Source: Octopus bimaculoides
Lineage: Eukaryota
Assembly: GCF_001194135.2 (NCBI RefSeq)
Contig: NC_068982.1
Coordinates: forward strand, 148,523,512-148,587,281
Direction of reading: 5' to 3'
Length of the DNA: 63,770 nt
A program made the position numbers and the translations under genes. Positions 37,676-50,093 of the stretch are shown here, piece by piece. How positions within the stretch are numbered: the first letter of the stretch is position 1; each line of letters opens with the position of its first letter. The notes beneath the pieces are model-generated. The model saw nothing but the letters and a program-made list of their open reading frames with translations. It was not told the origin of the DNA and searched no databases.

Positions 37676-38276
37676 TGTCACCATTTTCTCTACAGTTCTC
37701 AGCTACCAGATCCAATCACAAGGCTTTATTCAGCATGAGTCTGTAATAGAAGACACTTGTGCCACATGGTACCAAATAGTTGGATTGAACCTGAGACCAC
37801 ATCATTGGCGAGCAAGCTTCTTAACCAAGCATCTACACCAGCTGCACCCTTACTTCTATCCCCACCACATCTTTAGTTTTTTCTTTTAGCACTGAGGTTT
37901 GATTTATTTGATTTTTGTCATATTTTTAGCTTTATGTTTATTTTTACTTTCAATTTCTTTTATTTACAACCATGTATATATACCCACATGTTTTTTCTTC
38001 TCCATGAGGTTGCTATATACATGTACATACACATGCGCGCACGCGCACACACACACATACATAAAAAAGTAAAAAGTAAAAGAATCAAAAGGAAGTGTAA
38101 GTACAGTTAGGCAGCTTTTTAATCACTACAAATGTTTCAATACATACAGATCCTCATATATACAGGATTTAAAGTTAAGTTTTAATTAAATTATGTAACG
38201 GTTTAACTGTATAAGAAGATCTATATGTATCTCCTCAGGCAGTACTCAGTTGCTGTCTCGAAAGTAAATCTAGATT

Positions 38277-38511
38277 TCTTATTTCTTTATTGCCCACAAG
38301 GGGTTAAACATAGAGGGGACAAGCAAGGACAGACAAAGGGATTAAGCTGATTACATTGACCCAGTGGATAACTGGTACTTAATTTATCATCCCCGAAAGG
38401 ATGAAAGGTAATGTCGACCTCAGCGGAATTTGAACTCAGAACGTAACGGCAGACAAAATACCACTAAGCAGTTCACCCGGCGTGCCAACGTTTCTGCCAG
38501 CTCACTACCTT
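38277..38511 (-). mobile_element. SINE family B (young)
   Basis: Homology to 33350-33580. Confidence 0.9.
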
Positions 38512-38744
38512 AAATCTAGATTTCTGTGCTACAACATCCATGGCTTCTTCTTTGAAACTAACAACCACTGACAGTTTCAATTCGCTCGATTTGAGTGTGT
38601 TATCACATTCGGTATGAGCTGCAATGCGCACGTTGTCTGTTTATTTATTTGGTTTCAACATGTTATTCTGCACATGCCAAACTGTACCATTACGCAAAAT
38701 ACACTCATCCATTAGCTCATACTTATACAATCACTTACACACCG

Positions 38745-39085
38745 ATATACAAGTGTCTTCTGCTTTAGCCTTGAGCCGACCAAAGCCTTGTGAGTGGATT
38801 TGGTTGATGAAAACTGAAAGAAGCCCGTCATATACATATATATACACATATATATATGTTTGTATATGTATGTCTGTGTGTTTCAGTGTCTCTGTTTGTC
38901 CCTCCACCATCACTTGACAAACAATGTTGGTGTGTTTACATCCCCATAACTTTGCAGTTCAGTGAAAGAGGCCAATAGAATAAGTACTAGGCTTATAAAA
39001 ATAAGTCCTGGGGTCGACTTGTTCGACGAAAAGGTGGTGTTCCATCATGGCCATAGTCAAATGACTGAAATAAGTAAAAGAATAA
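38745..39085 (+). mobile_element. SINE family A, 5'-truncated
   Basis: Homology to other family A copies. Confidence 0.85.
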
Positions 39086-39309
39086 AAAAACATTCTTTAT
39101 TGTTTAATCTTTTTACTTGTTTTAAGTCATTATACTGTGGCCATGCTGGAGCTCTGCCTTGAAAAAGTTTAGTTGAGTGATTCAATCCAGTACTATTTTT
39201 TTTACGCCTGGTACTTATTCTATCAGTTTCTTTTGTTGCACTGCTAAGTTATGGGGTCATAAACACACCAGCACCTGTCAAGCAGTGGAGGTAGACAAAC
39301 ACAGACACA

Positions 39310-39357
<48 letters not shown>

Positions 39358-39380
39358 AATATATATATGTATATATATAT

Positions 39381-39568
39381 ACCGGAGTAAGCACGTAAAT
39401 GTGCAACAAGGTGGAAAAAGGAGTACTCAAATATCAGAGGTAGAGTAATATGCTTTATTTAAAAGCAGCAGAAATATAACAAAAGACTGTTACTTGGAGT
39501 TTCATGTTCCCGTTCATCGGACAGTTTTGTTAGTTCATGAGCTGAAACTAGATAAAATGAAAATGAAA
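39381..39568 (-). mobile_element. Penelope-like terminal fragment with hammerhead motif
   Basis: (TA)n on both sides; homologous to 29425-29565. Confidence 0.7.
39486..39525 (-). ncRNA. Minimal type I hammerhead motif, variant core CCGAUGA
   Basis: ACUGU-CCGAUGA-ACG-GGAA-CAU-GAAAC-UCCAA-GUA-ACAGU. Confidence 0.55.
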
Positions 39569-39923
39569 TATATATATATATATATAAATGCAATGGGCTT
39601 CTTTCAGTTTCTGTCTACTAAATTCACTCACAAAGCTTTGGGCGGCCCGAGGCTATAAAAGAAGGCACTTGCCCAAGTGGGAATGAACCTGGAACCATGA
39701 GGCTGAAAAGCAATCTTCTTACCACACAGCCATGATTTCACCTCTGTATATCATTGTTATCATCATCATCATCGTCATCATCGTCGTCGTCGTCGTCATC
39801 ATCATCATCATCATCATCATCATGATTATCATCATTTAATATCCTCCTTCAAAACTATCTAATCCATGCACGAAGTGATAGTGATGATGATAATGATGAT
39901 GATGATGATGATGATGAATATAT

Positions 39924-39954
<31 letters not shown>

Positions 39955-40348
39955 AAATATTGTGTAATTTAATATATATGTGATATAATTGTAACCTGAT
40001 TGAAATAAATACCAATCAAATCATACATTTTAAAATATAATGCATATATTGTTTTCACCTGGGAGATAATTTTGTTTTTGTAATTTAAACACTTGTAAAA
40101 CTATACTCACATCTATATACTTCATTAGCCAGGCTAAAAGGTAAATATTTGCACAAATAAACATATTTATATGCTCTAATAGCTATCAGTAAGCAAAAAT
40201 GTGAGATATTGGAAACAAACCTAATAGTATGTAGAATTAAAATGAAAAAAAAAGACAAAAAAAATACAAAGTAAAAATGAATCTAAGTTAAAATGAAGCA
40301 AGTTTCCTATTAATATTATTATTATTATCATTATTATTATTATTATTA

Positions 40349-40382
<34 letters not shown>

Positions 40383-40417
40383 CCTTATTATTATTAGCTT
40401 CTTTTTTTTTTTTTCAG

Positions 40418-40473
40418 GAAATGTATTTGGAAAATATTTGTTTGCACTTATTTTCGTTTTATTTTCACACTAA
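40418..40473 (+). other. Possible terminal exon behind a strong acceptor
   Basis: c(t)13cag|GAAATG...; phase-1 frame GNVFGKYLFALIFVLFSH*. Confidence 0.15.
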
Positions 40474-41473
40474 CTCATACCACTACTTACCAACAACCAA
40501 AGTAAAATATTTAAAAAATTGTAAAGATATATTGAAAAAGAGAGTCTTGTATATTTGATGTCAACGATTCAGTTGTTAACTAGAAGTAAACTGTTTGGAT
40601 GTTATTCTACCAAATCAGCCCTATCTACTGATTACTTCCAATACAATAATCACTTGCAGAAGTAATTTTATTCAGTTCCATCCCCTATCTTTTCTTCTTG
40701 TTTTTCTGTCTTTCTTTCCATTTTTTTTTTCTAGCATTGATCTTTAATTCATTATATATATTTTATTCTCATTTTGACTTTTCATTAATTTTCACTTTTC
40801 ATTTATTTATATTTTTTTTTCTTTTTAAATTTATTTTATTCATAACCAAATACCAATAAATTTGAAGGATTCTTGCCAAACACAACCAACGACAAGAATT
40901 AAGAACAAAACTAAATAACAAAGCAAAAGCACCTTAGCCATTTCCATCAGAAAATAAAAAAAGGAAAGTAAGAGGAAAAAAAAAAAAAAAACAGAAACAC
41001 AAAAAAGAGGAAATCAGAATAAAACTAAAAGTACCACCTGAGACTGAAAATATTGATTTTTGGTCTTCTGTTAATAATCTAAAACTGTGGGATATGGAGG
41101 AGATGATGATGGCAAGATATATCTTAGTCTGTCTGCTTCAGATGACACCTTATATGTTTTACATTTTTTTGTACTTTTTTTTTCTGTTTATTAATCATGA
41201 AAAAACCTCCACATAATACTGAGCAGAAAGCAATAAATACGTAACTAAAATAAATAAGTAAAATAAAAACTAAAATAAATAACTAAAATAAATAATAGCT
41301 AAAACTTCTCTCCAACTCCTTTTCTTTTTTACACTATCCTTCTTGCTTTCTATCTCTCACACACACTTTTATATTTTTATTTTTCTCTCTTTCTTATTAA
41401 TGGAAACAAATAAAGAAAAACTAAGCCTCAACAACTTTCTCTCAAACTCTTTGTCTCTCTTTCATTTCCAGTT

Positions 41474-41525
<52 letters not shown>

Positions 41526-42235
41526 ACTATCCTTTTCCACCACTCTCTTTTACATCTTTACTTTCTATATTTTCCTTTTCTTTACTCTCTCCTATTTGTA
41601 TCATGTGTTCTTACAAAGAAAACAAAAACCACACAATACCCAAAAGAAGCTCAAGGAACATCCTTCTTCTCAAACTTTGTTCGCCTTTCTTTCTCCTTCC
41701 CTTTTTCTTTCACTTTCACTTTCACTTTACACTTTCTCTCCTCTCCTCTCTCTTTTCCTCTTCCCTCACTCACTCAGCCTGTTTCATCCTCCTATAACAA
41801 GATCACATAGCAATTCTTTTTATACTTCCCTTCGACCTTTCCCTTTTACTTGTTTTCCTTTCAGCCTTCCATTCAATATCCTTGTGTCTGTCTTCCTTTA
41901 CATTCTCTATCTCACCTGCATATCTTTATACCCATCTCACTCTTCATAATTTGTTTCCTATTTTCTCTTTCCTTTCCAACCTTATACACAATATACATGA
42001 GACATACATATTATATACATGGTATTTACATACTATAAACTGGGTACATACACACACACACACATATATATGTACATTATTTATAATCTTAGTACCTACT
42101 AAATCGATATTACATGCATACATTCTACATACTAAATTTCTACTCTGCATACTCTATATACATTATATCCGCATTGAACGAATTTAGTAGATGGAAACTG
42201 AAAGCCCATCATCTAAGACCAACGATAGCTAACCC

Positions 42236-43095
42236 TAAGACCAACGATAGCTGCTTCCTGGAGATCCATAAACTCCTAAATGCAAATCAGCATGGATTTT
42301 GCTGTAGCAGGGACTGTCTAACACAGCTCTTACACCACATTGAGGATATACTTAAAACCTTGGGAACAGGTTCAAACTCTGATGTCATATAACTTGACTT
42401 CAGTAAAGCATTCGACAGGGTTGACCATAATATCTTACTCTCAAAATTGGCAAATGTTGGAATCTGTGGAAAACTTCTACACTGGATTGAGTATTTCCTG
42501 GCAAATAGAACACAATATGCTGTGGTCGATGGAGTCCACTCAAGCCCAGAAAAAGTCACCAGTGGTGTCCCTCATGGGACTGTCCTGGGCCTGCTATTAT
42601 TTATAATCTACATAAACAACCTTTCCAGCATCATAAATCACTGCAAAGTGAAAATATTTGCTGTTGACACTAAACTCCAGCAAATCATCAATGAAGAAGA
42701 AGACTGAACTCAATTCCAGTCTGATCTATATGCGGTGTGTTAATGGGCAGACAAAAACAAAATGATTCTAAACAAGGGAAAATTTGAGCTGATGCATTTT
42801 GGAAGAAAGACTATATTAAAACAGCCATACTCTCTTCCTTCAGCATCTAATAATATCAGAGACATAGGTGTAATTGTTGATAACAATCTCAGTTGGAGTG
42901 CCCACATCAGCAATAAGGTCGATATAGTTCATAGGATGAGCTCTTGGATCTTAAGAACCTTCCCGTCCAGATAACAAGGTGTCATCATTCCACTTTTCTC
43001 CTTTCTACGGCCACACCTTGAATACTGCTGCCCCCTGTGGTCACCCCATACAAAACAAAACATCTCGAAAATTGAATCACCCCAGAGGGCATGTA
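42236..43095 (+). mobile_element. CR1-clade LINE reverse transcriptase fragment
   Basis: NQHGF..CLTQLL; LDFSKAFDRVDH; SGVPHGTVLGLLLFIIYIN; KIFAVDTK; RDIGVIVDNNLSWSAHI; RPHLEYCCPLWSP. Confidence 0.95.
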
Positions 43096-43255
43096 AAAGC
43101 CAAATATATTTGTTTCCCAATAAATCCAACATGAATATGTCCTCTGGCATATATCATACCAGCAGAGAATAACATACACACACACTTACACACATTTATT
43201 TGTACATGCATATATGTATATCTATATATACATATATATATAATAATATTAGGGA

Positions 43256-43898
43256 TAAAAATCCAAATTTACAGGGAAAAATTCAATTTAATTTATCAAA
43301 ATTAAATTAAATCTCACAATATATAATATATAAATATATAATTTAGAGAAAAAAGTCATAATTATTGAATTCATCCATGAAAATCCACAATCACATATAG
43401 AAAAATTTAATAAGTAAATACACTAAAAAGACCTATAATAAAAATCAAAAAAGTACAAAGTAATAAATATTAAAATAGTAAAAATGACTACACGTGTTTC
43501 ACAACCATATTTTCAAATAGAAATTAAAATAAAAATCAAATCGATTCAAAATAAATTTATCGAAAATCAATTCTATTCAAAAATATAGCTAATCTTCAGG
43601 TCAAAATACAATAATAATAATAAAATGAATGAATATATATCGATTAACAATAAATATCAAATGAATTTATATAAAAATATTTATTTTACCAATAAATAAA
43701 GGAAAAAACATCTAACAATATTACTGAAAATAAATGCAATACTTAACTTATATGTGATTGTGGATTTTCATGGATGAATTCAATAATTGTGGGGTTTTTT
43801 CTCTAAATTATATATTTATATATTATATATTGTGAAATTTAATTTAATTTTAATTTTGATAAATTAAATTGAATTCTTCCCTGTAAATTTGGATTTTA
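43256..43898. mobile_element. AT-rich element with ~145-bp terminal inverted repeats and an internal hammerhead
   Basis: Arms 43256-43399 / 43749-43898; (TA)n on both sides. Confidence 0.85.
43485..43603 (-). ncRNA. Type I hammerhead with 92-nt extended stem II
   Basis: UGAC-CUGAAGA-[92 nt]-GAA-ACACGUGU-A-GUCA; UAGCUAUAUUUU pairs with AAAAUAUGGUUG and UGAAUAGAA with UUCUAUUUG (G-U pairs included). Confidence 0.75.
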
Positions 43899-43999
43899 TA
43901 TATATATACATATATATATAATATATAAATATATGCATATATACAAGCATATATCTACAAACCTACATATCTACGTATATATACATGCATATATGGGTA

Positions 44000-44170
44000 C
44001 AGGACATCAAAAAAATGTAGACACAATGAGAAACGAAAACATAAAAACAAAAACATACAAAACGAACTTTTTTCGAGCAACGAAAAAAACAGAGAAACGA
44101 GACAGGCAACATAAAGAGTATACACCTTCATCAGTTGTCCCCTGTTTTATCTACTCTGCATTTCGAATAT
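44000..44170 (-). mobile_element. Probable Penelope-like terminal fragment between TA-rich tracts
   Basis: Contains acaaCTGATGAagg...cct and an upstream tcGAAA but no complete fold. Confidence 0.35.
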
Positions 44171-44301
44171 ATATATATATAGACTTACACACATACATTG
44201 AAGCATTTATAAATATTTATATATATATACACACATATATAATGTATTATATAATATTTCTATATATAATCTATTATACATTTGATATATATTATATATG
44301 C

Positions 44302-44336
<35 letters not shown>

Positions 44337-45274
44337 ATATATATCTATATCTATAGTAAAAATATATATATATATAGATAGATAGATAGATACATACATA
44401 CATACATACATACATACATACATACATAGATACATACATGCATACACACACACACATCATATATATATATATACACACACTCACATAATATATTGATATA
44501 TATATATATTTGTATATGCTATTTTGTAATAAATAAATACATTATGGAAGACTTCTTAAATTCTGAAATTCATTCAAGCGTGACTTCCTCTCAAAGCTTC
44601 CCCCTTGGATTTTTTCAGAGATAAAGATGAAATTAATTATTGTAATATGATTGCACTAAGGCATATTTCCATGACGATGTTTTGTGATTTTTAAGAAGAT
44701 ATAATATTGATTTCTTACTTTGTTCCAAGGCCATAAGAAAACATATAATATTCATATATCCCATCATACATCATCATCATCAGCAGCAGCAGCAAAAGCA
44801 ACTAGAACAACAAGAACAACAGCCATGAACCAACAAAGGAGCTTCTACTTGGCTGATTGCCATGCTAGAAATAGCAGCTAATTCCTTCCTCAAGTTATAC
44901 TTTAGCTTTTTAAGGGGAAGAATATATTTGATAACCTAGGCCATTATGCCTGCAAAATGATGGTCATGTACAGCTGGAATACATTTCATCATAAGGTTTG
45001 ATCAATCATGATTGACCAGGGGCTGTATTTACATATGTACGTACTTGCATACATACATACATACATACATACATACATAAATACATACATACGTACATAC
45101 ATACATACATACATACATGATAGCCGTTCACTCGTGACCGAGGAAGACCATTGCCGACCTTCAGGAACATTGTGTGCTCTAGGACTAACTTATATTTTGC
45201 ATTTGTGGCTCCGTTGGTGGCTAATGATCCCTGCTATTGACACGCATACACAACTGCAAACATACATACATACA

Positions 45275-45307
<33 letters not shown>

Positions 45308-46706
45308 CATGCATACAATTACAAATACATAAACCATTACCACTGCTGCTACTGCTACTACTACTACTGCTACTGCTGCTGTTACTACGACTTTTATTAC
45401 TATTACTCTACTTCAGCAATAATGTTAATCTCTTACAAATGTACAATTGCCTCTAGATATATCTATTACATATTATATAAATATAATTCATATAAAGTAA
45501 TTGTACAATATATTAAAAAATCCTTAATCAGTATATATAATCATAGGGAATAAATAAAAAAAAAACACTTCCATATCTATATCTTTAAAAATTTATTTCC
45601 CCTAGAGAAGAGAATTTCTTTTTTGATGGACTATTAGTCTCAATAAATGGTTCTTGGAGGTTATCTATGGTGCTTGAGGTGATCAGAGAAAAGAGAAAAC
45701 TAAATGTAGAGAAATTTTTTTTTTTAGATATTCATAATGGCCTGCTCTAGGGGAAGAGAATGTGTCCATAGCCTTTATATATCTCCTCAGACTAGTAAGT
45801 CATGCAGTTCACGTTCCTCTTAAGAAACACTGAAAACTAATGCAAAAAACTGTATGAAAATTTATTCTTTTATTTTGTTTATTTTTGTGCAGTGAAAATC
45901 TCTGAAGTCCAAACATGGAGGTCCAAAGACAGGAAAGAATAAAAAATTTGTAAAGAGATAAAAAGGTAAAGATTGAGAGATTGGATAGATATACATATAT
46001 GTATGTATATGATTTGCCCATTACAAAGCATTTACTTATTTATTTTGATAATCCTAGGGAATATAAGCTTGCATTTATACCACCCATTACTGCTGGTTCC
46101 AATTTCAAATATGAGTACCATGTTCAACCATTTTACCAGCTACAATAAAGGAACCTATTTTAGTGAGTAGACATCTCTGGAAAGAAAGACTGGGAAATTG
46201 TTTATGCATGCATATATGCATAGAAAACATGCCGAAACAGATATGGAGCCTGAACAGTCCTTCAGCTGGTCAACTCCTGTTAAAACATCTAACCCATGCC
46301 AGCATAGAAAACAGACGTTAAATGATGATGATGGTGATGAACTCAAGTTTATTCATTAGTTGTGTGACTATGTTCATATGTTATTTGAAAAATAAATACA
46401 ATGAAGTAATATGTTTACTAGTAATTGGAGTTGGAAGACAATGAATAAACAACATGATTTGCAGAGTTCAAATCCTTCTCGGGTTAATTTTTGCTTTTCA
46501 TTCTTCTGGAGTTGATAACATAAAGAATCAGTCAAATCCTGGAGATTGAGATAATCAATTACAACTTCCTTCAAAATATGTAACCTTGTAGCAAAATTTG
46601 AAATCAACAATAAAGTTGGATTATTGGCTTTAGTTCTTCTGCATGGCTGTATAGTTAAGGTGTTGATTTTGGAGCTTTGTGGTCTTGGGTTTAATACTGC
46701 TGTACA

Positions 46707-47066
46707 CAGGACTGAATTAAGACTGAGGGAGGCCCTAAGCACTTAAAAGATTTTGGTGTCACTATATATATATTATTCAAAATAGAAACAATAATCAACT
46801 ATAAAATAAATTTTTTTAGTTTTTAAAATGAAACAAAATTCACAGTAAGAGGAGAAATAATGTTTATTTTTGTATACTTCCACTTATAAAAAGTTTTTCC
46901 TACTTTTTTTAAATTACAAAGTCATTGATTGGGTTTTCACTATGACATCATAAACACTTCAAAATTATATTTCTGATCATATAAACCATTTACCATTTTT
47001 GTGGTACCTCTCTCCCTTGGTGCCCTAGGCACATGCTTATTTTGATTAATGGGTAATTCAGTTCTG
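46707..47066. mobile_element. Non-autonomous hAT element nested in a SINE A head
   Basis: TIRs caggactgaatta / taattcagttctg; homologous to 22023-22425; SINE A head resumes on the right (gcaagtgtctt). Confidence 0.8.
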
Positions 47067-47109
47067 ACTGAGCAAGTGTCTTGTACCATAGCCCTGCATA
47101 TGCAAGTGA

Positions 47110-48020
47110 ACATCTCTTAGAAAGCCATAAGCAAAGAGGGTATTCCTGAGGGTTTATATTCTGGGAAGGAAGGAGTGGATATAGTGATTAGAACAGGGCC
47201 TATGAATGAATACATTGAGGATATTATGAGATGAGGGAAGATGAGTGGGTTAGGAATGCTTGAGTGAAGGTAGCATTAGCCTGGCTATTTCCATGTAGAA
47301 GAATCCATTAGAAAAGTGGTAGAAAAAGTGAAAGAAGAGACAGCACACCTATTGACCAGGGGCTGAAATATTTCAGTGAGAGACTTTTCACCAGTCAACC
47401 AAATAGCCCTTTCTTGAATGTGATCTAAAATATCTGTGGATGAAGATATAGCACCATCCCAGATGTAAGAACAAAGGATCTGAGCTTTGTAAAAGTGCTA
47501 ATTTAGCTTTGTTGAGTACCAATAATTGTTAGGGGTCTGAACTATGATCTGCTCCTAATCAGAAGTGTCAGTTATTGAGCTGTGGTCTTAGCTATGTTAA
47601 GATATACTTTTTCTGGGTAAACTTTTCAATGGCAGTGAAACCCAACATTCAGAGTAACTTGTAGGGCCTGAAGTTGAATACTGCTCAGGATTAAAACAGA
47701 TGTGGTGCGATTATGTTTTTTTTATATCAGTTGTGTTTATTATGCTTTCTTGCTGTCGAAAGAAACAAGATGAGTCCCTGTTGGGGTATGTTTTTGAGGT
47801 TTATGTAAATGAAGTCAGTGACAGTTTGGCATGTGGCATCTAGGTTGAGGATGAATGATATGAGTAGGGAAATCTTAAAGAAGTATTATCTAATGCAGAG
47901 TATTATCAGTCTAAAAGATATTGTTGGATGTGATGGTAAATAAGTCATTGATGTAAAGAAGAAAGAGAGTGGAAAATTAAACCAAACTCTGGGGGATGCT
48001 GGAGTTTATAGAATGAGGGG
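47110..48020 (-). mobile_element. Decayed L2/CR1-type LINE RT C-terminal region
   Basis: INSSIPQSLV*FSTLFLLYINDL; YIWDGAISSSTDILDHIQERAI; QPLVNRCAVSS. Confidence 0.75.
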
Positions 48021-48311
48021 CAGAAAAAAAGTATGAAATAATTTATTAAAATATTTGGGAAAGTAGAAAAGCTGTCTGTATCTTATACCTTTTAAACTTA
48101 AGTTTCACTTTTAAATTATTTATAGTGCTCTGGTTCAGCATGCTTGCTGCAAAATGATGATTTACATTGTAGTAGTTAATAGTGATTTCAATAACTATTT
48201 CAGGGTATGACAGTTCTGCATGACATGAATCCTGGGTCCAGCTGATTCCAACTTAATAAGGCAAAACCCCATTGTCTCTCAAGACAGACACAAGTTATAA
48301 ATAGTTTCCAT

Positions 48312-48460
48312 TGGCATTAGGAAGGGCATCCAGCAGTAGAAACTCTGCCAAATCAGATTGGAGCCTGGTGTAGCCATCTGGTTCACCAGTCCTCAGTCAA
48401 ATCGTCCAACCCATGGTAGCATGGAAAGCGGACGTTAAATGATGATGATGATGATGATGA
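48312..48460 (+). mobile_element. RTE LINE 3' tail (young)
   Basis: Nearly identical to 13050-13197. Confidence 0.9.
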
Positions 48461-48479
48461 TTGGCTTGGCATATACTTT

Positions 48480-48695
48480 GTTTTTCTACTCTAGGCACAA
48501 GGCATGAAATCTTGGTGGAGGGGGCCAGTTGATCAGATCGATCACAGTACACAACTTGTACTTAATTTATCAACCCCAAAAGGATGAAAGGCAAAGTCAA
48601 CAATGGTGGAATTTGAACTCAGAATGTAATGGCAGACGAATTAACCACTAAGCATTTCGCCCAGCATGCTAACATTTCAGCCAGCTCACTGCCTT
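48480..48695 (-). mobile_element. SINE family B
   Basis: Homology to other family B copies. Confidence 0.85.
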
Positions 48696-49214
48696 TGGTT
48701 TAGCATATACTGTTGACAAAAAGGTTATATAAATGAGTAAAACTACCAACTTTCTGACAAATATTAATCTTATTGGACTGATGAAAGAATAGATCAACTT
48801 TAATTCATAGAGTTATTGTTATTTAGTTAGTCCTGATTGAGCAAACCTATGATCAAAGCATTCCTATCATGACCATCCAACCTTGTTTTCATGCAAGGTA
48901 TACTTAGGTGCACATTATCCAATATGTCTCTTTATAAGATACTACATCATGACAGGTGAGAGACTTTGCTGCTATTTGTAGCAAGTTTATTGACTATATA
49001 AAAGCTTTCTCTTTAACATGTCTGCACAAGGAATATTGAACACTGGTGTGTTGCAGTGAACTAAATCTATAAATTATGAAGTCTTACTTATTATTCTCTT
49101 GCTTGTGATGATTTATTCATTAGACGTTGGAATTATAGTAGATTTGTGCAAAGGGCAACCTGTCATTCCTTACTGTACTGTAAGTAAAATAACTACCAAT
49201 AATATAATGAACTG

Positions 49215-49465
49215 ATTATTATTATCATCATCATTTGATGTCTGTTTTCCATGCTGGCATGGGTTGGATGATTTGACCAGAGTCGGCAAGCCGGAGAGCT
49301 GCTCAGATCCATTTGTCTGTTTTTGGTATGGTTTCTACTAGCGGATGTCCTTCCAAATGCCAACCAATTTAGAGAGTTGGCTGAGTGCTTTTTATGTGGC
49401 ACTGGCACAGGTGCTTCTGATGTGACACCGGCATGGATGCTTATTTATGTGGCACCAGCATGAGT
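49215..49465 (-). mobile_element. RTE LINE 3' end (variant)
   Basis: (CAT)n-ttgatgtctgttttccatgctggcatgggttggatg. Confidence 0.75.
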
Positions 49466-49774
49466 GCTTCAATTGATAAACCTCTTCTCTTCTAAAACTA
49501 GATTCACACTTTAATGAAAGAAGTAATTGTTGTTTAAAAGAATGAGTGAGAGAGGGGAAAATACTCAGAGATGTTTACAGCATAAAAACTTAATAGTAAA
49601 ATGAGTAATAGAATACTCTTAATTAAGAAGGAAAGAACATAAAGTCTTATGCCTACAGCAGAAAGGAAATGAAGAAATTAGGTTTAAAACTATTAAATGT
49701 TCCATAAACATTGATTAAGTATCCAGTGTTAAATAATATACTTTATCTGGTGATTGTGAGTTCAATGAGATAAT

Positions 49775-50093
49775 TTATTGGCACGTGAAAAGACATTCGA
49801 GCAAGATTGTTGCCAGTTCCGAGGGACTGGCTCCTGTGCAGGTGGCACGTAAAATACACCATTTTGAGTGTGGCCGTCGCCAGTACCGCCTGACTGGCCT
49901 TCGTGCCGGTGGCACGTAAAACACCCACTACACTCTCAGAGTGGTTGGTATTAGGAAGGGCATCCAGCTGTAGAAACTCTGCCAAATCAGATTGGAGCCT
50001 GGTGTCGCCTCCTGGTCCACCAGTCCTCAGTCAAATCATCCAACCCATGCTAGCATGGAAAGCGGACGTTAAACGATGATGATGATGATGATA
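49775..50093 (+). mobile_element. RTE LINE 3' end
   Basis: Repeat units plus (GAT)n tail. Confidence 0.9.

Larger units (their letters stand above)
39105..39735 (-). mobile_element. SINE family A split by an insertion in its internal (TA)n
   Basis: 3' half at 39105-39355, 5' half at 39590-39735. Confidence 0.8.

Noticed and set aside
44110-44170. Complete hammerhead on the minus strand
   Set aside because: CUGAUGA and an AGG/CCU stem are present, but GAAA lies upstream and no stem I hairpin forms
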